From: Octopus vulgaris
Lineage: Eukaryota
Reading direction: 5' to 3'
NCBI GenBank assembly: GCA_951406725.2
Contig: OX597814.1
Location: 118,420,001 to 118,484,000, forward strand
Length of the DNA stretch: 64,000 bases
The notes under the pieces were generated by a model. That model searched no databases, was not told the origin of the DNA, and worked only from the letters and a program-made list of their open reading frames with translations. The position numbers were made by a program, and so were the translations under genes. Positions 40,554 through 53,656 of this stretch are shown here, in pieces; position 1 is the stretch's first letter; each line of letters begins with the position of its first letter.

Positions 40554-41143
40554 CACTCTGTGACAAGTCATCGATATTGAAATATCTTTCCATACATGGC
40601 CTGCATATGTCCTGTGAGTACTTTCTACATGATAGTTGACAGTGTATGTGGTGGGCTGCAATGCAGATATTCATCGCCAATAGTTTTCTGCTATAAACAC
40701 AAATTTGGTACATGTAGTATTAGTCATGTTATGTCAATTTAATCTGCTCTTAGTTTATACGTGGTTAATCATGATTAAATATATCAAAGTAAAAGTTATT
40801 TACGTTTTCAATTGAATCAAATACCAAAACGAATTCCACTAGATTAGGCGAATGCCTACAGTTATTTCCAATATTCTAATATTTCGATACAATACAGATA
40901 AATAAAAGTTATAGCTTGTTGGCAATCAACATTATGACAAATACTGCGGCTACTATTACCTCACGGAACACTTGTCATGTAATAATATACTTCTGTATTT
41001 ATGAATCGTGAGTGCAGTTGATCTCACGAGATTGTTAAAGACATAATCAATATAAATGAGCTATTGTTTTAAATTTCAGTGCTTTAAAGAGACATCAATC
41101 CAGTTAAGAGTTCGTATAAAACTAACTTAAACACAAATATAAT

Positions 41144-41292
41144 CATTATTTACATTATTTACATTTGCCGGATATTTGTCCTCATCTTCTCTGTTGTTAA
41201 CACAACTTTCGGTCGATATACCCTCCAGGCCACATCGGGTGTCTTGGGGAAATACTGAATCTGGCTTCTCATTCCTAAGGTATTTGTCGATG

Positions 41293-41295
<3 letters not shown>
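41144..41295 (-). mobile_element. Hammerhead-module repeat, core mutated
   Basis: Homologous to 31989-32120 and 44569-44753; core reads CCGATGT...GAAAG. Confidence 0.8.
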
Positions 41296-41345
<50 letters not shown>

Positions 41346-41346
<1 letters not shown>

Positions 41347-42738
41347 TATGTTTGACTTTCGCTTTATGTCTGTACAAGTTGGCTCCAAGTCTCACCCAGA
41401 GACCTCAAGAGACAACAGGCTGGAAGTTCACGTTGTTGTTATGCCTAGTGTGCCATATGTTTGGGTTTTTTTTTTGGGGTGTTGTACTAGTGAATGTCTA
41501 ATACATAATTTTAAAAAAAAAGTTCGTTTTATACCTTGGGATTACATACAGAGTATTTTGCGTAGGATATGAGCAGTTCCCATGAGCACTATCTTTTGAA
41601 TTTCTGCCATTTTGGGGTTTTCTGGTATCTGAGTTAGGTGGCAATCAGCCCCTTTCGCTAACATTCCTAGGGCACCTATGACAACAGGTATTGTTTTAGT
41701 CTTCAGGTTCCACATTTTGCTGAAATCTATCTCAAGATTTTTATATTTGCTCAGTTTTGGTAGGTCTTGGGGTTTTTGTAGGTTTGGTAGTCTTGTGAAC
41801 CTTAAGGTTTTACAAATATTCAATGTCAGATCTAAATAGTTTAATTTGTTGTTGCAGACGCTCTTGCCAAGAAGGCTTTTTGTGGGAAGGTTGCCGTTTT
41901 CTAATCTTTACACCACATAGGATCGTTGAGATTTTCGCGGATGCATAGTATAGGTGGTTGAGATTTGTGATATCAACATCATTAGCTGAAATTATATCCT
42001 TAAGTGCAAGCCGGATTTTACCAATTATTTTCATGTTTTGGTTAGAGTTACGGATTTTAGGGAGTGTATCCCGTTCATCCATGCTGAATTCTTTAATTTT
42101 CAGCCATTCAATCATGATTTGATATTTTAGCTCATGTAGTTCTGTTGGGTCAATATTTGTGTGACTTTCTTTATCTATTTGATGTTCATCTCTCTTAGTG
42201 TTTATGATTGGTTCAGGGAATATTTCACGTTGCCTATCACTTATACTAACTCTTCCAATCCTTACTTCGTTTTTGTCAGCCCTGGGCTGGTCTATAATTA
42301 TTTCCTCTGTATTATCTTCTCTAGCTGCAGCTTCGTTCATTTTATCCGATACTGCTTGTCTAACTTGATCAATCTCTACTTCAGTCAGTAATTTTGTTTT
42401 TATAATGTTTCTTCTGACGTTGGCAAGTTTGTTACTGTCTATGTAGGGTCTTACTTCAGGGTGTTTCTGTCTCCAGTTTAAGTATGTTTGTACAGTGTTA
42501 GATTATTCCGTGGGGAAATATATGGCTTGGTACTTCTTTATTATCTTCCCTAGACCATTTTTCCTTCTTTTTCTTTTGATTATTTGGTGACGAGCATGGA
42601 TGGCCATCTGTTGGAATATTCAGGTTGTGGGGTACGTCCAGCTCCTGTATGTTGGGACGATTTGATCCAGTAGCTGATTTTTCAATCAGAATTTGGTTCA
42701 ATTTTCGGGTACATGGTCTTTTCCCTTCCTCATTTAAA
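41346..42738 (-). mobile_element. Internally deleted Dong/R4-clade LINE (N-terminus fused to RLE C-terminus)
   Basis: KWSREDNKEV (42498-42701), N-terminal ORF 41810-42340, then KYKNLEI...IPVVIGALG...GTAHILRKIL (41542-41760); no RT; 3' end abuts (TTA)n. Confidence 0.82.
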
Positions 42739-43702
42739 CCTATAAAAGGCTCACTCTGCCTGTATTAGTTCGAAATAATGAGAATAAAATACGGAGAAAG
42801 AAAAGAAAAATAAAGGATCTGTCAGTTATTATTGTTATTACTATCACCTTCACCACCATCACCATCATCATCATCATCAACATCACCATCACCATCATCA
42901 ATGACATTGTTTTATGTGTAGTCACAGCCACCATCATCACCACTACTGCCATTGTGTGGGGGGATGGATGGTTAAAGAAGTCATGTTCTATGGGTCTATA
43001 AATAGATTCAGCAGATGGTGAAGACAAAGGACATTAATGGTCAGTAAAAGGTCAAACCTGTTTATATTTATTTTTTTTCCTTTCTCTTTTCTTCCTTTCC
43101 ACATACATATGTATATGTATATGCATACTCACACACACACATATTATCTCATGTTTACGTCGATGATTTTTAAAAAAAATTCTGAATTCAATGTTATGTA
43201 TATATTTTTTTAATTTCTGAATTCAGTTGTATGTATATATTAACAGGTGCTTACATCCATAATTTTTCATCGTGCATTTAATTGTGTTGTTACAATAAAA
43301 GGCAATTTTACACATTCTTATAGTCATGAGGGACGACTAAATGTTCACACAAAATTGGAGATATTTATGTTTCTAATTTTTCTTGTTAGGTGTACGTTTG
43401 TATGAGCTGTAGATATGTAAGTTCCTTATCTTATTTTCAGGGAAATTCAAATTACTCACAGAAAACAGTAGATCTTCCTGTTTTCTACAGTTGTTTTTTT
43501 CAGTTGTCCTGCTGGGTTAGCTGTTGCCAGTTCAGAGCATCGGAAACATACGTCCATCCTCTATCACGTCCAGCCACAGGTCTTATTATTATTATAATTA
43601 TTATTACTATTATTGCTATTATTATTATTATTATTATTATTATTATGATTTTTATTATTGTTGTTGTTGTTATTGTTGTTATTATTATTATTATTATAGT
43701 TG

Positions 43703-43740
<38 letters not shown>

Positions 43741-43744
<4 letters not shown>

Positions 43745-43787
43745 TAACTGTCTGTAATCGAACCCGGAATCTTGGGGTTAAGATCCG
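43741..43787 (-). mobile_element. Truncated tRNA-like head of the hammerhead-bearing element
   Basis: CAGGTAACTGTCTGTAATCGAACCCGGAATCTTGGGGTT matches 32195-32233; lies between (TTA)n 43580-43740 and (AAT)n 43788-43920. Confidence 0.7.
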
Positions 43788-43789
43788 TA

Positions 43790-43849
<60 letters not shown>

Positions 43850-43864
43850 TTAATAATAATAATG

Positions 43865-43920
<56 letters not shown>

Positions 43921-43922
<2 letters not shown>

Positions 43923-44302
43923 AACGGACATAGACTTAATTGAGAAAGAAAACAAACTATGCTGGATCATAGACATAGCATGCCGAGCTGACAAGTTATG
44001 CGATAAGGAAAAAGAAAGTTCCATAGATACGACAGGTTAGATTGGGAAGTTAAGCAGTTGTGATCGATGATAAGGGTACCAATAATTGTTGGGGCCCTAG
44101 GAGAACAGTGAGCAGAAATCCCCAGAAGTACGTGGAACAAATCGGGGCTGCAATAAGAGTGGAGCACTGACAGAAAACAGCACTGTTTGGGACCACTCTA
44201 ATACTCCGATAGGTGCTCGAAAAATAACGGGTGTTACCTTAGTTCACTGGTAGCGAACAGCTGACACTGTAGTACATCTCCAGCCTTAGAAGCTGTGCAA
44301 AG
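43921..44302 (+). mobile_element. Short 3' fragment of a Dong/R4-clade LINE
   Basis: DIDLIEKENKLCWIIDIAC, VPIIVGALG, QKTALFGTTLILR; (AAT)n upstream and (AAT/AAC)n downstream. Confidence 0.82.
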
Positions 44303-44568
<266 letters not shown>

Positions 44569-44571
<3 letters not shown>

Positions 44572-44753
44572 TTGACAAATACTTTAGGAATGAGAAGCCA
44601 GGTTTAAAATTTCCCCAAGACATCTGATGAAGGCTGGAAGGTATATCAGCTGAAACGTTGTGTTAAGAACAAACAGGAGGAGGACAAATATCCGTCAAAT
44701 GTAAATAATGTAAATAATGTTAATAATGTACATAACTCCTCATCTAAATATAG
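44569..44753 (+). mobile_element. Hammerhead-module repeat downstream of (AAT)n
   Basis: TTAGGAATGAGAAGCCAGG...GGACAAATATCCGTCAAATGTAAATAATGTAAAT is shared with the two minus-strand copies. Confidence 0.85.
44619..44664 (+). ncRNA. Putative minimal type I hammerhead ribozyme
   Basis: GACAT-CTGATGA-A-GGCTG(loop)CAGCT-GAAA-CG-TT-GTGTT: both core boxes, pairing stems I and II (with G-U), palindromic ACGT in place of stem III, GUU triplet. Confidence 0.65.
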
Positions 44754-45588
44754 ATGTGTATTGACAAATATTATGTTGCCATTGAAACTTCCCGCAAAAT
44801 ATATTGTTTTCAACGTTTCCTCATATAAGTGCTATTGAATCAATGATATATTTTTCAAATTATAAATTAAATACATAATTACTGTTGTACATTTAGAGTA
44901 GCAGTTAGCTGTTTGTAGCATGACATAGTTATGTTTAATACGATTAAATCAAGCTTTTAGGATACTTGTTTTTCTTTCAGTGCACCCAGTATTATTCAAC
45001 ACGGTTTTTTACACATATAGCTTTTAAATTCGTTTCCTCCATTTGCACATAACAAAGACAATCCGAAAAATTATTCATTAAATTTTAAAAGTAGATATAT
45101 TCCTTACTTCACTTTCCCAAAAGATGGCTTTTTCCAGGAGCGCTATTGCAGGAAATATTCACGTCACACTTGACAACGTTGGCCAAATAGTTCGTTAGGT
45201 TTTCTTCAGCGAAAATGAAACAAGTTTTAAACACAAATTGATGTATTCAATCAGTGATATAATTCCTGTTTCTTTCCGGTATCTGCTGCCACCTTGAAGG
45301 AAGATCCATTATTCACTGCTCAAAGAATTTCCTGCTTTTAGTGGTGAAAAACTCTTCTAGACGAATTTTACATCTTCTCTAAAGTTGAGAAAAACCATTA
45401 AATAAATTTCCAAGAGACTGAAACAGTCAGAAATCTGAAGGTGCAAGTTCAAGCTAATATGGAGTGAGTGGCAAAACTTTCCACTCAACCATAATAATAC
45501 TATCCTCTTGATACACCGTGTACACGTCCTGCACATTTCATTCACTTTCTAGACTTTTCTAAAAGTAAAAATCCTGAGGTGTCGATGA

Positions 45589-46500
45589 TACGAGGAGCGA
45601 GTACCCAAAAGGAAACGGAATTTACATGGTTACATGTTAACAGTTATACCGCGTTCAAAGTATTCTCCATTTGAAACAAAAGATCGATATAGACGCGTTT
45701 TCCACTCATCGAAGGAGTGCTGGAACTCTTCTGAAGTGATGTCTTTTAATTCCTCCGTTTTTTTTCCTTCATCTCTTCCACATCTGCAAAACGCTTTGTT
45801 TTAAAGAACTATTTCCCTTCGGAGAACAAAAAATGTGGCAGGGATCAAAACTGGGTTAATAAGGTGGGTGAGTAAGCGGTGTCGTGGAAGGTTGTGTGTG
45901 CAGACAGGCTGTCGTGATGAAACCACCACTTTGCCATTGGTCAGGAGAGTTTTCATCTCGTTGTGTCTCAGAAATGCTTCAGAACCAACAAGTAAAATGT
46001 CTGGCTAACAATTTGGCCAGAAGGAAAATGATATGTGTGATGAATACCATTCGAAAGTATGAAACAAATCAAGTAACTATAGCCTTAATTTCCTCACCAG
46101 TGACGACCTCCGGATGAAGGTCTGGTTCTTTCAATGGACATTCATTTGATCTTCTGTGAGCAAGCGAAGGACAAATTTTGCTGCAACTCTTTTCGTTCAC
46201 AATTTTTCCCTCAAACTTCGTTGGCAGGAACTCGAAGACACACCAGTCATATCAATCAGTTCGTCAATTTTCAGCGACGGTCATGATGTTTTCATGTGTT
46301 CAGGTGGTCAATGGTCCCCTTGAACCAGGTTGGTATACAAGCGACAAGTCACCATTCATAAAGAGTGAAAAACACTCATAAGCTTGTGCGTTGCTTATGG
46401 CAGTGTCCTTGTAAGATGTTTGAGGCATGACAGCTGCTTTGGCCGCCGTTTTCCTCAGCGGAAAAACAGAATTTCTCGGAGAAGAACAACACTATGACGC
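45589..46500 (-). mobile_element. Decayed mariner-family DNA transposon
   Basis: TACGAGG terminus; C-terminal ITSEEFQHSFDEWKTRL...NGEYFE; N-terminal QPGSRGP (cf. PRSGRP); second TIR not found. Confidence 0.7.
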
Positions 46501-46529
46501 AAATTACGCAGAAATTTGGAAACAACACA

Positions 46530-46631
<102 letters not shown>

Positions 46632-48770
46632 GATTTAACTAGCTTCACGTTTATTGATTTTCAAATGTGTACGTAATGCGGAACTAGGTGCTATGTTGTA
46701 AACTATAACTTTGCAGGTCGTTCCTTTGGAAATCTAATTGTTTTGTTAAAGAGAAAATGTACCTGAGGTGACTAGCAATTAACGTAGATATTGATATTTG
46801 ATGTGGTTATAGCGCGAGAAAGTCATGTCAGAGCCTTCGAATAGGTTTGTCGTATGACAGTCAACGCAATAGCTATGATAGGCGAAATCCGCGCCCGAAT
46901 TTAGGGCTGTTTTGTATTTTTGTTGTGTCCAGTCGGTGTGATAGAAACTAGTATGCTACTTAGCAAAGGTGTGAGGCCATTTTTTCGTTACATATATTGT
47001 TTTAGGAAACGATTCAATCTTTCTTACCAAAATGAGATTAAAAACCGGTATTTCTTACCAAAAGAGATTAAAAACCGGTATTACTTTTAAACTTTTAGGT
47101 TTTCAAAGATATTAAAGTGAAATTGAATCTGTAGTACAAATAAGAGAATGAAAAGTAATTATTTCGTTCCTAAATCTTCTGAGCATCAACTTGAATAGAA
47201 ATAGAGGAGAAGGTGACAAAGAAAGAAAGGAGTGTCATTGTGAGTGGACATGTTGGTGTATAGGAGTGAGCCTGTGCACGAGTGTGTGTGAGTGCTTGTA
47301 CTTGCGCATGTGTTAGATTTAACAAACTAACAAACGCCACGACATACGCACACACATAAGGATACAGAGGACTTAGTGAAAATCTGTGAAAATGAAAGGA
47401 AGGTAAGAAAAATTTGCTATACCCAAAATGAAAGTACAATTAATGGACTTGGAACAAATGCATGAATTACTTTCATGAGCAGGGATTTTTTTTATATAAA
47501 CAGGAATATCATTCTCAGTGAATGGCGAATCGTATATTATTGACAGCTTTAATCCTGTCCAAACTGAGAGTGTATGTTTTTGATAAACGAATGTTTTTTA
47601 TTCATTAGTGTTTGGTGTGTGGTATAGTCTGTGCATGGATAAAATGAGAAATGTAGGAATTGCAGATAGTAATTGTGCACATGTCCAAATGTCCATTGAT
47701 TGGGATATGTCTGGTTCTGGAATCGCGTATTTGTTGTTGATGACTATGTAGATTACTAACGAACGAATGATTAATTAACAAACATTCGGAGATTACTATG
47801 AGATGTATCCAAACTAACAAGATGTACGGAAAAATATCAAACAGAGAAAAATATATAATAGTAATATCTTTTATCAATATCGGAAAACTTCATGATTTAT
47901 TAGTTTATTACTTGCGAGAAAAACACATCCAGGCACGAAATAATTTTATCTCCCTAAAAACATATGTGTATGTTCGTATGGGTATGAGAAGATGATAAAG
48001 GTTTTTATTCGCAGTCCGCAAGTAAATCACTTGTGGAGAAAAAAATGTTGATACTGGGAGACGAAAAACCCTGAGAGAAGAACATTTTGCGCAGGAGATA
48101 CAGAGTTGCGAACCACCCTAACAACTTAAGGGAAGGCACTAGTTATGGATTGCTATATAATTCTGGAGAAACAAAGTTATGTTATCTTCCATTTATTTCT
48201 TTGATTTATTTTCGCTGTATATTTTCTTCTCGATTCATCCCGGGTAATTTTTGGTTAATCCATGGGTATTGAGATGGAGAATCGGCTACAGCGTGCAGGG
48301 CATATCAGCCAGACTTTACTGAGACCAGATGTCTTACTAGTCATTCTAGCGTTAACTTAAGAGAGAAAGGGGACCAAGTATGAGGAATTATTAGATTACC
48401 GCAAGAATGGATTGAGAGCAAGTTTTTTGTCAGTGGAGATTGGCAGTCGGGAGGTTGTGCCTCAAATGACACATTTAGGACTATGGATATTTTATGAGCT
48501 TGCAGAAAAAGAATCATCGGGAATAATGGAAGAAGCATCTGGATGTATCTCTAATTGAATAAATCAGTTGACCCAATCAAAATCAGCCAATGTCAGGCTG
48601 CTTGTTTGATGGTAAATGTTGCAGGACACGAAACAGCTAATGACCGCACTATACACCACTGAGAATAATGTATCCGAGCAATGCAGCTGCAGATATAAGT
48701 ACAGCATTATAAATACATGCATACACACACATATATTTGTATATATAGAGAGAGTGAGAGACACACACAC

Positions 48771-48824
<54 letters not shown>

Positions 48825-48861
48825 ACACACATATATATATATATATATAAATGTATGTATG

Positions 48862-49176
48862 CATCACCGCGATCATCTTGACCGACCAGGCTATCAGATG
48901 TTGCTACACATTGCTGGTCACAATGCCCTTCGTATTGTTTTAGCCTTCAAATGACGCCCATCCCCCGCTGGGTAAGCGAGCGGGCCAAGAGAAGAAGGAC
49001 TGAGAGAAATTTGTGGCGAAAGAGTACAGCAGGGATCGCCACAACCACCTGCCGGAGCTTCGGGGTGCTTTAGGTGTTTTCGCTCAATAAACACTCACAA
49101 CGTCCAGTCTGGGAATGGAAACTACGATCCTACAACCACTAGTCCACTGCCCTAACCACGGGGCCATTGCACCTCC
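48862..49176 (-). mobile_element. tRNA-derived SINE (shared body, third tail type)
   Basis: TGGCCCCGTGGTTAGGGCAGTGGAC head and GAGCGAAAACACCTAAAGC body. Confidence 0.8.
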
Positions 49177-49461
49177 ACACACACACACACTAACACACAT
49201 ATATATAGCTACACACACAGATATATATACAGAGATATACATACGGACACATACATATATACACACATATATATATACATATAATATGTATTTGACTTGT
49301 TTCTCTCTCACTCACTTTCTCGTCCTCTCTCTCTTCCAGCCATTCTCTGTGTCTCTCTCTTTCTATATATGTATATGTGTGTGTGTGTGTGTGCGTATGT
49401 CAGTGTTTGTCTGTGTGAGAGTGTGTTTGCGCGTTCGTGTGTATGTGCGTGCGTACGTGCA

Positions 49462-49613
49462 TGTTTGTTTGTTTGTTTGTTTGTTTGTTTGTTTGTTTGT
49501 TTGTTTGTTTGTTTGTTTGTTTGTTTGTTTGTTTGTTTGTTTGTTTGTTTGTTTGTTTGTTTGTTTGTTTGTTTGTTTGTTTGTTTGTTTGTTTGTTTGT
49601 TTGTTTGTTTGTT

Positions 49614-49620
<7 letters not shown>
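49462..49620. repeat. (TTTG)n microsatellite followed by (TG)n
   Basis: Directly visible. Confidence 0.97.
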
Positions 49621-49661
<41 letters not shown>

Positions 49662-50940
49662 CGTGTGTGTGTGTGTGAAACAAAAAGGATGAACTGATCA
49701 CTCAATCGGTTTCAATAGAATATTAATCATAATTTTTCAAGGAATATTTCGAGAGATTCTTCAGAACTGCGCCGATCATTTATTTCGTCAAATATTCAAC
49801 GAAATCAACGGTAGGCGGAAATAACAAATTCCCATTATAGATACATGTGTGGCTGTATGTTTTTTGCGTATGCTTATGCGTGTGTATGACCATGTCTGTG
49901 TGCGTGAATATATTCGCGCATGTCTATGCTTTACTGTACCTTTGCGTATGTGTTCTTCATATGTCAGAGTACGGTATGTATTTGAATTCTATACGATGCT
50001 TTAAGATTATAGACGTTTTAAAAAGCCGTGATATGTCATTGTAACTACTAATACTCAATGTATGTTACGTTACTTAACTTCATATACTTATATATAATAT
50101 CTGTTATTCCTCCTTTTTCTTGTCTCACTCCGCGTCTTTTATTGAACATTAACTTTACACACAATATATTCTTCCTTTTATCTTTGAGATGAAGTATTTC
50201 ATTGAAGCGGATGTGATGCGTCTCCCCTTTTATCCCCAATGCTTTCTTCATTTTCCAATCTTTTTGCCTTTTCTGTAACAATACAATATTTTTCTTTGAT
50301 AATACTTTATTGAAGCAAAAGTAACGTCCGTCATCTTGGCGACTTCCCTGTCTGACTTCTGACCTCTCTATTATCTTGAAACAGACCTTTTAGATTTCGA
50401 ACAACGATTGATTTCTCTACTTCCTACAGACGCCATTTTATTTTCTATTATCCAGAGATTTCTTTCTCTTTTCACATTCCCGTAGCTCTTTCTAGACATA
50501 AACATTATTCTGGAAAGTCAATATCATTTTTGTTATATAAAGTTACAATGAATCGCAGAAGAAAAAGCATTTAGTTACAAGGAAGAGCATTGATTAAGAA
50601 ATACATCATTAAATAGAAAAGGAAAAAACATCTGAAACGAAGTGTGTTACAAAATAATTCACAGAGAAGCTAAAGAAGATCTTAATGTTTAATAATAAAC
50701 AAAGAATGGGGAAAAAGCTAACTTTTCCAAAGATTGTCGGTTGAATAACGAATGTGGATTTTGTTCGAAATTAAAATCCTGTTGAAAACATGGATATATA
50801 GCTAAATTATAAAACAGGTTCTTCATAGATACATTTAATACACTTCATAAATACATTTAATAATGCTTAACACACAACAAAATAATTAAACTTAGGTTCA
50901 TGACAACATTTAAAAACCTATGCACAACCACATGCTCATG

Positions 50941-50971
<31 letters not shown>

Positions 50972-52122
50972 ACAATCTTGTTCTTCATATTAAAGTGAAG
51001 TGTCTTCCACAAGCAAATATAATGTAATTTGGTACTAAAATACAGCAAAATTATACACTGTTCGCGATATAAGCATTGCAGGAATACATTAAATTACTGC
51101 TGTGTAAGAATCTTGTTGCCCTGGAATTAAGTGATATCAGGAACATTCTTTTTGCGATGTTACGTTGTTGGAAATATATGAGTCGAGATTTATTACGGAA
51201 CGATTGCGTGTACGTGTGCGCACGTGTATGTGCGTGTGTGTGTGTGTGTTTATGTAGGCGTGTGATTTTATGTGTGTGTATATGGTCAAGATAAAGAACC
51301 AACTGTCTTCCGGCAATGGGTATGATAACATGACCTGATAACACATATAGAGTTTTAATAAAACATATTGCACAGCAGTTTGCTACAGAGATTAAAGAAA
51401 TAAATAAAGCTGTCTCTTATGGGATGTAGAATGCAGCATCGCTTCTGAAGATGATGTCCAAATAAAATATTCAATCACACTTCCAGACAAAAGCGCAGTA
51501 TATCTAAAATCCTTCTTTTCGCATATCTTTTCTAATCGATATATTACAAAAGGTCCCAAGTCTTTCTCGTATTTGGCATTCTATAGCATCACTATTTGAT
51601 CACTCAATCTACAAGACGTTCGATAGCCACAGCAAAATGCCTTTGTGATTAAAATTATTTGATGTAGCTTTCCATGATTTTAACTTTCTCTATGCCCATT
51701 ATTTTATTATTTAGTGAATTTGTAGTGAAAGTAGATTATATAGGACAAACTCGAACATCATACGGCTTCAAAAGAGTAAATTTTAACAAAGTGAGTCTAT
51801 TGTGCTTCTCAACATCTCCAGAGATCGATTTTTGTGGGCTATGTAGAAATGAGGTTTGCTTTTAAATTATGCTCGCAGCACCGATCACAGATACAGATAC
51901 CAGATATTCAACCGCTCTGTTTAAATGAGCCTATTCTAATGTATATAAAGATAAGTGCCATGTGTGATTCGTCGTCTTGCAAGAAAGTCTATAATACAGT
52001 TACATTCAATATTGTATGACAGCCCAAAATAAGATTTTCCAACGCGACTAAGCAAGCATATGAATATACTCCTTCTCACACACAGAGGCACACACACGGA
52101 TACATGTATAAATCTGTGTCTG

Positions 52123-52154
<32 letters not shown>

Positions 52155-52350
52155 TGTATGTATGTATGTATGTATGTATGTATGTATGTATGTATGTATG
52201 TATGTATGTATGTGCGTGTGTATGTATGCATATAAAATGAATAGAAATATCTTTTCTGGTGGTTTTTCCACTTTCATAAATAGTTGTTTTTTAAATGCTA
52301 ATTATTTAGGTGCAAAAATTATCAGAAAGCCCGTTAATTTTTTTTCAATA

Positions 52351-53604
52351 TATTGGGTCACCCCAAAAATAATGCAATCTTTTTATACATCTTTTATTTC
52401 TCAAAATAAAGAAAACCAAAGTGTTAATCTACAATAGTGTTAATCTACAATATGCATGCCTACAAGGTGGCGAGCTGGCAGAAACGTTAGCACGCCGGGC
52501 GAAATGCTTAGCAGTATTTCGTCTGCCGCTACGTTCTGAGTTCAAATTCCGCCGAGGTCGACTTTGCCTTTCATCCTTTCGCGGTCGATAAATTAAGTGT
52601 CAGTTACGCACTGGGGTCGATAAAATCGACGTAACCCGTTTGTCTGTCCTTGTTTGTCCTCTCTGTGTTTATTCCCTTGTGGGTAGTAAAGAAATAGGTA
52701 TTTCGTCTGTCTTTAAGTTCTGGGTTCAAATTCCGCCAAGGTCGATTTTGCCTTTCATCCTTTCGGTGTCTAAAAATTAAGTACCAGTTGCATACTGGGT
52801 TAGATCTAATCGAATTTCCCCCTCCCCCAAAAATTCGGGCTGTATGCCTAGAGTAGAAATGAATATACACTCCTTCATTTTCTTCAATGTTCTTCTCTCT
52901 GTCTGGTAAATCTGCAAGTACCCTCTTCCAAACTTCACTCCTCTAGTATTGTTCTTACCTCGTCTACAGAATTCATATTTTCCCGTCCAAATGATTTTGA
53001 ATGTTAGGGAATAAATGATATTCATATGGGGCAATGTCGGCAAATAATATGGGTGGGGCATCGTTTTCCATTCAAACAGCTCTAAACTATGGAATGTCAT
53101 CCTCACTGTAGATGGCCGAGCATTATCCTGATGGAAGAAAACCTTTCCTCTTGAAACCAAAGATGGCCGTTTTTCTTGTAACGCAGGTATTGGTGAATGG
53201 CTGAATGAACAAATCCAAGCTGCTCTACTCTATCCACAACAGTAACGATGAGATTTTGTTCCATCAGTGTTTGTAGTACGTCTTCAGATCTTCCAGGACG
53301 AGGCTCGTCTCATAGGCTGCAGTTACTGGCTCCGAGTTTCTGGAACCAACGTTGACATTAACTTACGCTTGTTATCTTGTCACTATATACTGCAATAATA
53401 TTCCGCGTAATTTTCCGCTAAATATGCTGAATATGCTCCTATTACTGTTACAATCTCCCATCAGTCTTCAAAACAATCACTAAGAATAAATATAAAATAA
53501 CTACCTGGTTTCAAAGAAGTTCATGCAAGTATTTTACCCGTCCCCCTCCGACATTTTGTTCATGCAATTGAAAAAAAATGCATTATTTATGGGGTGACCC
53601 AATA
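52351..53604 (-). mobile_element. Defective mariner element with TIRs and TA TSD, containing a SINE
   Basis: TIRs TATTGGGTCACCCCAAAAATAATGCA / TGCATTATTTATGGGGTGACCCAATA; transposase motifs FHQDNARP and PHPYYLP (cf. HPPYSPD). Confidence 0.88.
52464..52862 (+). mobile_element. MetaSINE-like SINE with internally duplicated body
   Basis: Near-identical head to 7037; the GTTCAAATTCCGCC...GCCTTTCATCCTTTCG block occurs twice, followed by two different tails. Confidence 0.88.
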
Positions 53605-53656
53605 TAGTACTGTACCAAGAACATTCTATTTCTTATTCTCCTATATTTATAAATAC

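Noticed and set aside
47020-47080. ~30-bp tandem duplication
   Set aside because: Real but an ordinary slippage duplication with no associated structure.
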